A stretch of 64,000 nucleotides of DNA, taken from Macrostomum lignano. Taxonomy: Eukaryota. Shown piece after piece: positions 24,701 through 38,200 of this stretch (positions are counted from its first letter, which is position 1; every line of letters begins with the position of its first letter). Below the pieces are notes generated by a model. The model saw only the letters and a list, made by a program, of their open reading frames with translations, did not search any database and had not been told where the DNA came from. The stretch is from the NCBI GenBank assembly GCA_002269645.1, contig NIVC01000953.1:155302-219301 (forward strand). Reading direction: 5' to 3'. The translations under genes and the position numbers were made by a program.

Positions 24701-27700
24701 GGAATTATGGATGATTCTTGGGGGAATTATGGATGATTCTTGGGGGAATTATGGATGATTCTTGGGGAAATTATGGATGATTCTTGGGGGAATTATGGAT
24801 GATTCTTGGGGGAATTATGGATGATTCTTGGGGGAATTATGGATGATTCTTGAGGGAATTATGGATGATTCTTGGGGGAATTATGGATAATTCTTGGGGA
24901 AATTATGGATGATTCTTGGGGGAATTATGGATGATTCTTGGGGAAATTATGGATGATTCTTGGGGGAATTATGGATGATTCTTGGGGAATTATGGATGAT
25001 TCTTGGGGGAATTATGGATGATTCTTGGGGAAATTATGGATGATTCTTGGGGAATTATGGATGATTCTTGGGGAATTATGGATGATTCTGGGGAATTATG
25101 GATGATTCTTGGGGAATTATGGATGATTCTTGGGGGAATTATGGATAATTCTTGGGGAAATTATGGATGATTCTTGGGGGAATTATGGATGATTCTTGGG
25201 GGAATTATGGATGATTCTTGATGAAAATACGAATGATTCTTGGGAGAATTTATGGGTGGTTGCACGGGGACTTCATATGTGATTCTAAAAGGAATTCAGT
25301 AGTAAGTTTTGGGGGGAGTTACAGGGGTATCAAGGGTGATTCGTAGGAGAATTTAGAATGATTAGAGTATTTTAGAGGAAATTTGGTGTCACCTGCAGCA
25401 TCACCAGAGTGCGCGAAGCTTCTCCAACACGAACTGCGATGACCCTTTCAGTACAGCCGACATCCCCGGGTGCACAGCCCGGACTGACACCTCAACGGAG
25501 CCGCTGTAAACAGCTGATTCACCTTTGGCATCGGGCCAATACGGAGGTAAACCGCTAACAGACGGGCCCAGCTGACACAACAGCTCGCAGCCGTACTGAA
25601 GCAGCATCTTGTAGAATGTTGACAACTGAGACTTATTGGGCTGCTGAGCGAATATCAGCCTGGTGCTCTGCCAGTGCAGCAGGCTGGCATTCAGATAGCT
25701 GGCATCGTCGCCAACGGTCACTCTGTTAGCATCGTAGGGCACGCATTGCGGCGCCCTGTTCTGCATTGGGTGGCACATGGCAACTGTTGTAGTCTTCTTT
25801 GTCTGCTGTACACCGCCAGCCGCTGTCAGCCCTTTCAACGCGGCCTGATGCTGTTGCCAAGCATCTGACACTGGCAGCCTCCGCCCCAGCCGCTCCGTGT
25901 CGGCAATCAGCTGATTAAACAATAAATTATCAGACAGCTTGTCAACTCCGCTCTGCTTTCTCAGGGCAGCTTCGGCCACTTGCAGTTCTCGTTCGGCGCT
26001 GGTCAGCACCGAGGGTGTCAACACGGCGGCAGCGGCAGCCGCGGTGTCCTCGCTGCGGAGTCTAGCAGACTGCGACAGCTGTTGTTGTTGCTGCCCTTGG
26101 CAAGCCCTCCGCCAGCACCGTCTGGTGGCAGGTGCTGCGGAGTTGACGCGCCAGATGACGCTCGGTCAGTGGCAGAGGGTTCGGCCGCGACAGGCTTCTG
26201 CTGAGCTGGAAAAACGGTGGGTCTGACTGGTCTGCTGTCAGGCTTTGGTTGCTGGGCTGCCGATGATGATGATGGAGGCAGCTGGGAGGGGAACTGGCTC
26301 ACTGAAGTGCCGCCTGACTGAGGGAACCCGCCTGTTGCAGATGCCGGTTGCTGAGAAAAGTTGCCGGTAGCAGATCCCGGTTGCTGAGAAAAGTTTCCGG
26401 TTGCAGATGCCGGTTGCTGAGAAAAGTTGCCGGTAGCAGATGCCGGTTGCTGAGAAAAGTTTCCGGTTGCAGATGCCGGTTGCTGAGAAAAGTTGCCGGT
26501 AGCAGATCCTGGTTGCTGAGAGTAGCCACCGGTTGCAGATCCCGGTTGCTGAGAAAAGTTGCCGGTAGCAGATCCTGGTTGCTGAGAAAAGCCGCTGGTT
26601 ACAGATCCTGGTTGCTGAGAAAAGCCGCTGGTTACAGATCCTGGTTGCTGAGAGTAGCCACCGGTTGCAGATCCCGGTTGCTGAGAGTGGCCACCGGTTG
26701 CAGATCCTGGTTGCTGAGAGTAACCACCGGTTGCAGATCCTGGTTGTTGAGAGTGGCCACCGGTTGCAGATCCTGGTTGCTGAGAGTAGCCACCGGTTGC
26801 AGATCCCGGTTGCTGAGAAAAGTTGCCGGTAGCAGATCCTGGTTGCTGAGAAAAGTTGCCGGTAGCAAATCCCGGTTGCTGAGAAAAGCCGCTGGTTGCA
26901 GATCCCGGTTGCTGAGAAAAGTTTCCGGTCGAAGATCCCGGTTGCTGAGAGTAGCCACCGGTTGCAGATCCCGGTTGCTGAGAGTAACCACCAGTTGCAG
27001 ATCCCGGTTGCTGAGAGTAACCACCGGTTGCAGATCCCGGTTGCTGAGAGTAGCCACCGGTTGCAGATACTGGTTGCTGAGAGTAGCCACCGGTTGCAGA
27101 TCCCGGTTGCTGAGAGTAACCACCAGTTGCAGATCCCGGTTGCTGAGAGTAACCACCGGTTGCAGATCCCGGTTGCTGAGAGTAACCACCGGTTGCAGAT
27201 CCCGGTTGCTGAGAGTAACCACCGGTTGCAGATCCCGGTTGCTGAGCAAAACCACCGGTAACGGAATATCCTGGTTGCAGGGGCACTGCGCCAGCTTTGG
27301 ACCCTTGCTGCTGACTGAATCCCGGTTGCTGTGGAAATCCTGGTTGCTGCTGTGGGAATCGAACCGAGGACGTTCCTGCCTGCTGCGGCCCAGCCAAAGA
27401 TCCCGGTTGCTGGGGAAATCCACCGGTTGCTGAAGACACCGGTTGCTGAGGAAATCTCACAGCTGACACGCTGGGGAGCTGGGGATGCGTGCCGCCTAGC
27501 GATCCAGATGGTTGGTAATTGACACTCGAGGTGCCCGGCTGCTGAGGGAATCTCTGTTGCTGGGGAAACCCACCGCCAGATGCTCCAGCCGGCTGTTGCG
27601 GCAATCGAACTTGCGAAGTTCCCGGTTGTTGCTGGGGAATTCCCGAATAGCTGGTCGGTTGTTGAGGAAAGCGAATTTGAGATGTTCCAGGTTGCTGGGG

Positions 27701-28996
27701 GAATCTCCCTGATGAAGCGGCCGGTTGCTGGGGGAATCCCCCTGACGAAGCGGCAGGTTGCTGGGGGAATCCCCCTGACGAAGCGGCAGGTTGCTGGGGG
27801 AATCCCCCGGACGAAGACCCCGGTTGTTGTGGAAACCGGATCTGAGAAGTACCTGGTTGTTGCGAGTAAGATCCCAAAGTTGCCGCATTGGTGGTGGGGA
27901 ATTGCTGTGGCCGAGCACTCGTTGAAGCAAACTGAGCAGTTGATGTCGGAGGCTGGGATCCGAACTGGCCAGTTGATGTTGGAGGCTGGGATCCGAACTG
28001 GCCAGTTGATAACTGAGAAGGCTGGGATCCGAACTGGTTAGCTGATGTCGGAGGCTGGGATCCGAACTGGCCAGTTGATGACTGAGGAGGCTGGGGTCCG
28101 AACTGGTTAGCTGATGTCGGAGGCTGGGATCCGAACTGGCCAGTTGATGTCGGAGGAGGCTGGGATCCGAACTGGTTAGCTGATGTCGGAGGCTGGGATC
28201 CGAACTGGCCAGTTGATGACGGAGGAGGCTGGGATCCGAACTGGTTAGCTGATGTCGGAGGCTGGGATCCGAACTGGCCAGTTGATGACGGAGGAGGCTG
28301 GGATCCGAACTGGCCAGTTGATGACGGAGGAGGCTGGGATCCGAACTGGTTAGCAGGAAAGCGAGTGGGATACTGATGCAGCTGCTGAGGATCAAAGCTG
28401 CCAGAACCCGGAGCTGGCTGCTGATAGCCGGTTGTCGCGCTAGACGGCAAAGGCGAATGCCGACCATACTGTTGCGGCAGCTGCTGATTAGGCTGCGGCG
28501 CTGGCGGTTGAACAGGTTCAGCAGATGCTCGGTGAGGACTGGCGGGCAGGGAGCTGCGCTGGCTACCGTAGGTGCCCGGCTTCAGATAGGGCAGGAAGTC
28601 CTTCAGTCTGGGCGGGTTGGAGCCGCCGCCGCTGCCGCCCGACCCGGACAGGCTGGCTAAAAGGGCTGCCGGCGGCAAGGTCGCGGGTTCGTTTTCAGAC
28701 CTTTTTTGCTGACCTTCGGTTGGATTAAGCGACTGGAATTGGCCAGATGAGCGGCTGTATTGATGAAGCTGGGGCGGCGGCGGCTGCTGAGGCTGCGGTT
28801 GCTGCTGCTGTGGCGGTGGCTGCGGAGGCTTTGGCGGCGTTAGGAGAGGTTTTAGGCGCGCCTCGATTACCTGCCGATTGGGAATAATGGACAAGGGGTG
28901 GGACAGGTAAACGTTAGGGCAGGTGGACAGACAGACAGACAGACAGACAGACACAGACAGACAGACACAGACAGACAGATAGACAGACAGACAGAA

Positions 28997-29029
<33 letters not shown>

Positions 29030-29032
29030 CTA

Positions 29033-29071
<39 letters not shown>

Positions 29072-29142
29072 TAGACACACAGACACAGACACAGACAGAC
29101 AGACAGACAGAAAGACAGACAGACAGACACACAGACAGACAG

Positions 29143-29219
<77 letters not shown>

Positions 29220-32200
29220 AAGACACAGACAGATAAACCTTCAGCTTGCGGTGCAGCCCGGTGAAGAAGTCCACCCCCTCCTGCACTTTGTCCAGCAGCA
29301 CCGGTCCCTCATTCCAGGTGGCCACCAGCCGCTGCAGGGCAGCCTCGCGGTCGGCGCGGCGCTGAGCGATCAGCTGCCGGTGCGGGGCCAGCTTGGCGTG
29401 AACCTCTATCAGAGCTGACAGGATGTTTGCCTGGGCGGCCAAGTTCTGATTCAGGTAGGTCAGTCGGTCCTGCTGCTTAGCCAGGGTGGCCTCGAACATC
29501 TGCACCGGGTCCTGGTTGGGCTGCCGCAGCAGCAGGCTGGTGGCGTCTTCCGAGCGGAGATCCGACCGGATCGAGGCCAGCAGCTCCGCCCGCTGGCTGC
29601 GCATCTCCGACACCTTGCCAAGGAGCCGCTTCAGCTCCGACACGGACTGGCCCAGCTGCTCGTCAGCCTGGTCAATTCAGCACGGTAGAGTCAGGCCATC
29701 TGATCATCTACTCATGTCTTCCCCTCTCCTCTCCTCCCTTCACTCCCCTTTCCTGCCTTCACTCCTCTCTACTCCCTTCACTCTCCTCTCCTCCCTTCAC
29801 TCCCCTCTCCTCCCTTCACTCCCCTCTCCTGCCTTTACTCTCCTCTCCTCTCTTCACTCCCCTCTCCTCCCTTCACTCTCCTCTCCTCCCTTCACTCCCC
29901 TCTCCTCCCTTCACTCTCCTCTCCTCCCTTCACTCCCCTCTCCTGCCTTTACTCTCCTCTCCTCCCTTCACTCCTCTCTACTCCCTTCACTCCCCTCTCC
30001 TCCCTTCACTCCCCTCTCCTCCCTTCACTCCCCTCTCCTCCCTTCACTCCCCTCTCCTCCCTTCACTCCCCTCTCCTCCCTTCACTCCCCTCTCCTCCCT
30101 TCACTCCCCTCTCCTCCCTTCACTCCCCTCTCCTCCCTTCACTCCCCTCTCCTCCATTCACTCCCTTGTCCTCCCTTCACTCCCCTCTCCTCCTTTCACT
30201 CCCCTCTCCTCCCTTCACTCCCCTCTCCTCCCTTCACTCCCTTGTCCTGCCTTCACTCCCTTGTCCTCCCTTCACTCCCCTCTCCTCCCTTCACTCCCTT
30301 GTCCTCCCTTCATTCCCTTGTCCTCCTTTCACTCCCCTCTCCTCCTTTCACTCCCCTCTCCTCCCTTCACTCCCCTCTCCTCCCTTCACTCCCTTGTCCT
30401 CCCTTCACTCCCTTCACTCCCTTGCCCTCCCTTCACTCCCTTCACTCCCCTCTCCTCCCTTCACTCCCTTGTCCTCCCTTCACTCCCCTCTCCTCCTTTC
30501 ACTCCCCTCTCCTCCCTTCACTCCTATCTCCTCCCTTCACTCCCATCTCCTCCCTTCACTCCCCTCTCCGCCCTTCACTCCCCTCTCCTCCCTTCACTCC
30601 CCTCTCCTCCCTTCACTCCCCTCTCCTCCCTTCACTCCCCTCTCCTCCCTTCACTCCCCTCTCCTCCTTTCACTCCCCTCTCCTCCCTTCACTACTCTCT
30701 CCTCCTCTCTCACTTCACTCCCCTCTCCTCCCTTCACTCCCCTCTCCTCCCTTCACTCAAGCAAGCCTCACCTGCAGGTCGGTCACCGTAGGCAGGCTGG
30801 CCTTCAATTCCTCAGGCGATTTCCTCAGCTCAGCCAGACTCTCAGCGTGCCGACTGGCGCTGGCCCGCAGGCTGTCATTGGATGGCTGAGCTTCTCGGGC
30901 CACCTTCTCAAACTTGGCCAGGTCGTCTAGGAACGGTCTGAGCGAGGCGGCAGTCTCGGCCGGGGCGTCCTTGGTCAGCTGACGCAGCTCGCCAAGCAGG
31001 GTGTCCACGTCCACCGCTGCCGACGCCAGCTGCTGCATCCGCTGCGTCAGCCGCTTCTGCGCCGCGTCGCCTTCGACAGACAGCTGAGCGCAGGCGTCGT
31101 AAAGAGCTTGGGGCAGCGGCGCGTCCTCGGAGACGGAGTAGAACTCGGGATCCGCCTGCGGGAATGCGGAAGCACTCCATGCCTGTCACGCTGGCACTCC
31201 ATGCCTGTCACGCTGGCACTCCATGCCTCTCACTCTCTCTGGCACTCGATGTCTGTCACTCTTTCTAGCACTCCATGCCACGCTCTCTCTCTAGCACTCC
31301 ATGTCTCTCAGTGTCTCTGGCACTCCATCTCTCTCTGGCACTCCATGCCACCCACCCTCTCTGGCACTCCACGCCTGTCACTCTGGCACCCCATACCACT
31401 CACTCTCTCCAGCACTCCGTATCTCAGTGTCTCTGGCACTCCATGTCTCACTCTCTCTGACACTCCATGTCTCACTCTCTCTGGCACTCCATCTCTCACT
31501 CTCTCTGGCACTCCACGCCTCTCACTCTCTCTGGCACTCCATCTCTCACTCTCTCTGGCACTCCACGCCTCTCAATCTCTGGCACTCCATGTCTCTCACT
31601 CTCTCTGGCACTCCATCTCTCACTCTCTCTGGCACTCCACGCCTCTCACTCTCTCTGGCACTCCATGTCTCTCACTCTCTCTGGCACTCCGTCTCTCACT
31701 CTCTCTAGCACTCCATGTCTCTCACTCTCTCTCTGGCACTCCATGTCTCTCACTCTCTCTCTGGCACTCCATGTCTCTCACTCTCTCTGGCACTCCGTCT
31801 CTCACTCTCTCTGACACTCTCATCACACTGGTCCTCACCTGCAAGCTGCTGAGGCACTCGGCCAACTCAGTATCCTTGGTCTCAACGGCATCGCCAATCT
31901 CTCTCAGCTTCTTTGACACCTCCTCGGAGTACACGCTGGACGCTTCGCTGGTTTTCATCGGCACCAGGCGTTTGAACAGGTCGGGGCCGGCCGCCTCGGC
32001 AGGATCGAAGGCCAGCGGCTTCACGAGCTGGGCCGACTGCACCTCAGGCACTGTTTGGGGAATCTGCGCATTGGGAGGGGGTCGGACTTAGGGATTGGGA
32101 TTTGAGAAATCGGGATTGGGGTTTGAGAATTCGGGATAGGAATCGGAGAAGTCAGGATTGGGATATGAGAAGTCGGGATTTGGATATGAAAAATCGGGAT

Positions 32201-35200
32201 TAGGATCTGAGAAATCGAAATTGGGATTTGAGAAATCGGGATTGGGATATGAGAAATCGGGATTGGGACATGAGAAATCGAAATTGGGATATGAGAAATC
32301 GGGATTAGGATCTGAGAAATCGAAATTGGGATATGAGAAATCGGGATTAGGATCTGAGAAATCGGGATTGGGACATGAGAAATCGAAATTGGGATATGAG
32401 AAATCGGGATTAGGATCTGAGAAGTCGAGATTGGGAATTAAGAAATCAAAATTGGGATTTGAGAAATCCGGATTGGGATCTAAGAAATCGGGATTGGGAT
32501 CTGAGAAATCGGGATTGGGATCTGAGAAATCGGGATTGGGATCTAAGATGTCGGGATCGGGATCTGAGAAGTCGGGATTAGGATCTGAGACATCGGGATT
32601 GGGATCTGAGAAAGCCGGTTTGGGGTCAGAGAAATCAGGATTGGGAATCAAGGAATCTCATAAACTGGAGCAGCGGGCGGTCTCACCTGAGCATGGTAAA
32701 TGAGATTATTGTCCTTCTCGGCGCTCTCATGCTTGCCAACGATGACATCTTGGACAAATTTCAGAGTCTCCCGCATCTCGGAGTCTTTCAAGTCTTTGTT
32801 AGCTGCGATGGCCGCTTGAAGTGATTCGCGAGCTTTGAGAAGCCAAGCCAGGCGGAGGCCGTACTCGCCAGTGTCCTCGGCAGTTTGAGCAGAGTAATAA
32901 GCCACCTGGGATTCGTAGAAACTGCGCTTGACTGCGAATATTCCCGAATAGTGCTTTCGGGTCCGGCCAGGAATCACCTGCTAGTGAGGAGTCGGGTTTT
33001 TTGCGGAAATAAAACAACTTGTCCCGAATATTGCAATAGCTCCCAAAAAATCCCCAACAAAAGCTCCCAGAAAATATAAAATATAAACTTCCCGAATTCC
33101 CCAATATTAACTTCCCAAAAAATCCCCAATTTAAACTTCTTAAAAAATCCCCAATATAAACTTCCCAAACAATCCCCAATTTAAACTTCTTAAAAAATCC
33201 CCAATATAAACTTCCCAAAAAATCCCCAATTTAAACTTCTTAAAAAATCCCCAATATAAACTTCCCAAACAATCCCCAATTTAAACTTCTTAAAAAATCC
33301 CTAATATAAACTTCCCAAACAATCCCCAATATAAACACCCAAACAATCCCCAATATAAACTTCCCAAAAAATCCCCAATATAAACTTCTTAAAAATCCCC
33401 AATATAAACTTCTTAAAAATCCCCAATATAAACTTCCCAAAAAATCCCCAATATAAACTTCCCAAAAAATCCCCAATATAAACTTTCCAAAAAATCCCCA
33501 ACATAAACACCCAAACAATCCCCTAAATCCAGTCACCTTCGCAACAGTGCCAGCCGAAGACAACATGGACCCCAGCTGGCCATAGAAGTCCACCAGTTGC
33601 TGGGCAATCCTAGCATTGATGCCGCTCTTTCTGCCATCCAATTGAGACTTTCTAAACACGCACTCCTGCGCTTGGGCCAGCATCATTTGAGCCTTCAGCC
33701 GCATCAGTTCAGACTCTAAATCCGGCGCCACAGCACCGGAGAACACTTCGCTAACCCGTTGAAAGCACCAAGCCGCAGACATGAAATGCGTGCAGGCCGC
33801 TTTGATGCCCTCGGCGTCTGAACGGGCCTGCTTGCAGCCGAGTACGCTCTCCATAGAGCCGATGTTGTACAGCACCGCAGCCTCCTCAAATCGAATGTCC
33901 GAGTGCGTCACCACATCGTCTATGTACAGATCGTCCCTGAGCATTTCATAATGTTAATAAATAAGTCAGGCTCTGAAGATCGCTGACTCTTGGAGTTATC
34001 CAGTGGTACACTGTACGTTATCTAATGGCACCCTGTAAGTGATTCAGTGTCTCCCTGTAAGTGATGCAGTGTCTCCCTGTAAGTGATGCAGTGTCTCCCT
34101 GTAAGTGATGCAGTGTCTCCCTGTAAGTGATGCAGTGTCTCCCTGTAAGTGATGCAGTGTCTCCCTGTAAGTGATGCAGTGTCTCCCTGTAAGTGATGCA
34201 GTGTCTCCCTGTAAGTCATACATGCGCAACAGTCGGCCGAGTCGGCCGATCCGGCCGACCGATTTGGCGGCCAACCAAGGTAAGTCGCAAAAATGCCCAC
34301 CCGAAAGAATCATACGTAGTACTAATTAGATGACGAGGCATTTAGCCCTTATAAGACAGTCATAGTTACTCCTGCCGTTTACCCAAAATTGCGTTAATTT
34401 TGCTTAAGGGTTTCTTTCACAGGTAAGTCGCATTTTTTGTTAAAACTAAGTCGCACGGCCGACCAAATTTTGAAGGTTGCGCATGTATGCTGTAAGTGAT
34501 GCAGTGTCTCCCTGTAAGTGATGCAGTGTCTCCCTGTAAGTGATGCAGTGTCTCCCTGTAAGTGATCAGTGTTTCCCTGTAAGTGATGCAGCCTGTAAGT
34601 GATCAGTGTTTCCCTGTAAGTGATGCAGTGTCTCCCTGTAAGTGATCAGTGTCTCCCTGTAAGTGATCAGTGTCTCCCTGTAAGTGATGCAGTGTCTCCC
34701 TGTAAGTGATGCAGTGTGTAAGTGATCAGTGTCTCCCTGTAAGTGATCAGTGTCTCCCTGTAAGTGATGCAGTGTCTCCCTGTAAGTGATGCAGTGTGTA
34801 AGTGATCAGTGTCTCCCTGTAAGTGATGCAGTGTCTCCCTGTAAGTGATGCAGTGTCTCCCTGTAAGTGATCAGTGTTTCCCTGTAAGTGATGCAGCCTG
34901 TAAGTGATCAGTGTTTCCCTGTAAGTGATGCAGTGTCTCCCTGTAAGTGATCAGTGTCTCCCTGTAAGTGATCAGTGTCTCCCTGTAAGTGATGCAGTGT
35001 CTCCCTGTAAGTGATGCAGTGTGTAAGTGATCAGTGTCTCCCTGTAAGTGATCAGTGTCTCCCTGTAAGTGATCAGTGTCTCCCTGTAAGTGATGCAGTG
35101 TCTCCCTGTAAGTGATCAGTGTCTCCCTGTAAGTGATCAGTGTCTCCCTGTAAGTGATCAGTGTCTCCCTGTCTGTAAGTGATCAGTGTCTCCCTGTAAG

Positions 35201-38200
35201 TGATCAGTGTCTCCCTGTAAGTGATCAGTGTCTCCCTGTCTGTAAGTGATGCAGTGTCTCCCTGTAAGTGATGCAGTGTCTCCCTGTAAGTGATGCAGCC
35301 TGTAAGTGATGCAGTGTCTCCCTGTAAGTGATGCAGCCTGTAAAGTGATGCAGTGTCTCCCTGTAAACGATGCAGTGTCTCCCTGTAAGTGTTGCAGTGT
35401 CTCCCTGTAAGTGATTATATTACTATCTGAAAATTCGTTATTAATAAAAAATAAAAACTATTAAACTTACCAAGACACAGGTAGTGCACATGGCTCACAT
35501 TCTTCCATTGGGAATCTTGACTTTAATAGTTGCAGCTGGCCATAATACTTCTTTAATAGACTAAGACCACCTAAATCCTGTGGTGATTCTAATGCACTCT
35601 AAAAATATTGAATAAGGATTGAAATTTATGCTTATTTGATATATAGAAGGATCATTACTGACTGAGGCTGCCAACTATTTACAGGCACACTATGATGACT
35701 TGGCTCTTGACAGATCTATAGTGAGTAGGTGGATCACCCACTGCTGCTAGGCAATATGATCTCAAAGATGATACACACAGTGGGAGTCTATTGACTATAC
35801 TATGGCAAGTGACAACAGCTTATAGAAGAATATTTTAATAGACTATATATAGCATATACAGACCTACTTGGACAAGGACTAATAGCTCACATTTAATGAA
35901 ATTTAGGTATCCACAGGTATCTCTCATGGCTCTTTAGAGAAGATTTTCCTCAAGAATCTATGGCTAAAGAAGCTTAGATCTCCCATTGGGTCTCAATATT
36001 GCTAATAGCCAAGCAGAAAGGAATAAGGGTAGCAGGTGCACCTATGTACATCAATCAATAGTCCTTGAGTGACCATTACACCATAACCATTGATAAAATA
36101 CCTCTGTCATACTTCCTACCTAAGACTAAGCACCAATGTATGCATTAGGTAGGTCCTGATAAACCACAATAGTCTATACCATTCTGGTATAGATGCATTC
36201 TGGTAAGATAGTTATAGTTATTATCTATACTCCTTTAGGACAATGCATAAAGACTATTCCATATAGCATGTTTATCTGGCCAAAATTTAATAGATGACAT
36301 GGCAGCTGATCCCATACCTACCCTATTATCTAGACCTGACTTTTAGCAACTACCACCTGTTTGGATAGCTAAAATTCAATTTTGCAGTTTCTGCATGAAA
36401 GTAAGTAAAGTGATAAAGTATAAAAACTTACCTTTCTCAAATCTAATAAAGCTTTAAACTCAGAGTCATATGCACTAGCTGATTCACCATATTCACTTTC
36501 CAAGTACTAAAAGGAAATATAAAAGATGAAGATTTATTATTTAATTAAAACAATACTTTTTTATCTATACACTAAAATTGTATTAGCATTAATACAGTAT
36601 TATTTAAGAATGCAGCAAATCTTAAAAATAAGTTATTTCGTTTTATTAAATATTATCAATAAAAATATTCTTTAGTCTGGATGATGCTGGATGTATACCC
36701 AAAAAATTGAGTGTATGCCTATTCTTAAAACTATGTTACTATTGCAATAGTGATAATAAATGACTTTTTTTATAGCATGACAATAAATGACCTTTTTAAT
36801 AGCATAATGGACCCTTTTGGCAAATAATTTGGTTAATATTTCTGATTTTTTGACAATACTATCTACAGTAGAAAATCAATACACGCAAAGATTTATTTAA
36901 AAGCCTTATTGCAAGCTTTAAAAAACCTAGAAAGCTTGTAATTTCCATTTCAAAATGAAATTTTTTTATCTTTTTTTCTACTTCACAATAACTATTCCAC
37001 ATTATTCTATGAGCCACACTCCAGATCATGTAGTATACACCTAAAAATTTGGACATGCATTGGCCTTGCACGCCCCAAAATTAGGCATGCACAGTTGGCA
37101 TGCATCACTCCTAAGAAAATAGTATCCGTGCACACCTAGCGTGCACCCAGGGTCAGGATCGTGTACCGCTGTACGCCGGAACGAAAATTGCTTCCGTAGC
37201 TCATGCACGCCAATGTACGCCAACGAACTTTTTATTGCATACAAAAATATACCAAAATAGAAATTACAAACTACAACTAATATTAAAAGCTTGGAAAATT
37301 TTAATATTTGATCAACCTATGTGTTAAAACTGAAAATCTTTTTACTAAACTGTAGAGAACTAGTTCATTTTAACTAATTTTGTTTTACTTTTACTTTCTT
37401 GGAAAGGTTAAGCCCGGTTTTTTAAATTTAGTTTTCTGTTTTTTTCGTAAAGGGCCAGCCATTCTTTCTGATCAAAATTTAGCTACTGTAACTATGTACA
37501 TGGAAACTATGCCAAATGCAAACTTAATCATTTTTGTATGCTAATTATGTAGATTGATTGTTGGGACTCGGAACTTTTGGTCCCACCTGCTGGTCTCGGC
37601 AATCTCTATACGCCAAGCTGTATGCCAAGATGGCACGCCAGGCGCCTTTGTACGCCAAGTTGTACGCCAATGTGTAATCTAGGTCCCTCTGTACGCCGGA
37701 ATTTTCCGGCGTACATGTATACCATCCGGAGTCTAGGCGTGCACTTTATAGAATCACGCCTAAGTTATTGTGAAATAGAAAAAAGATGAAAAAAGTTCAT
37801 TTCTAAGTGCAAATTTCAAGCTTTCCAGTTTTTTTCAAGCTTGTAAAAGAGAATTAAAACAAATCTTTTCATGTATAAATTTTCTGCTATAAATTGTATC
37901 ACCAAAAAGGCATAAAAAGCAACCAAATTATCTGGTAATAAGGGTCTATTAATGTATTATGCAATTTTAAAAAGGTTTTTTTGTCACAATGTAAAAAGAT
38001 CATTTATATTCTGGATTGAAAAATGTAACACTTTATTATTTACAATTATTTACACATTTTTGGTCTTACTTATACTTTTCAGTAATGCTATTGCTATGTA
38101 TAAAATTACTGAGACCAAATATGTGTATACACGAAATCAATCCAAATAAACAAACTATCAAGGTATTAAAATATTAAAACTTTTGTCCACTATTGCCTGC

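Noticed and set aside
26000-26130. Programmed ribosomal frameshifting in PTPN23
   Set aside because: No slippery heptamer seen, and several genes show similar deletions, so error or decay is more parsimonious.
26348-27712. Plus-strand and alternate-frame repeat ORFs ([21 protein letters not shown])
   Set aside because: Shadows of the PTPN23 coding repeat.
29486-32703. Long P/S/L-rich, PDFSDPN and GSEKSGL ORFs
   Set aside because: Translations of intronic minisatellites.
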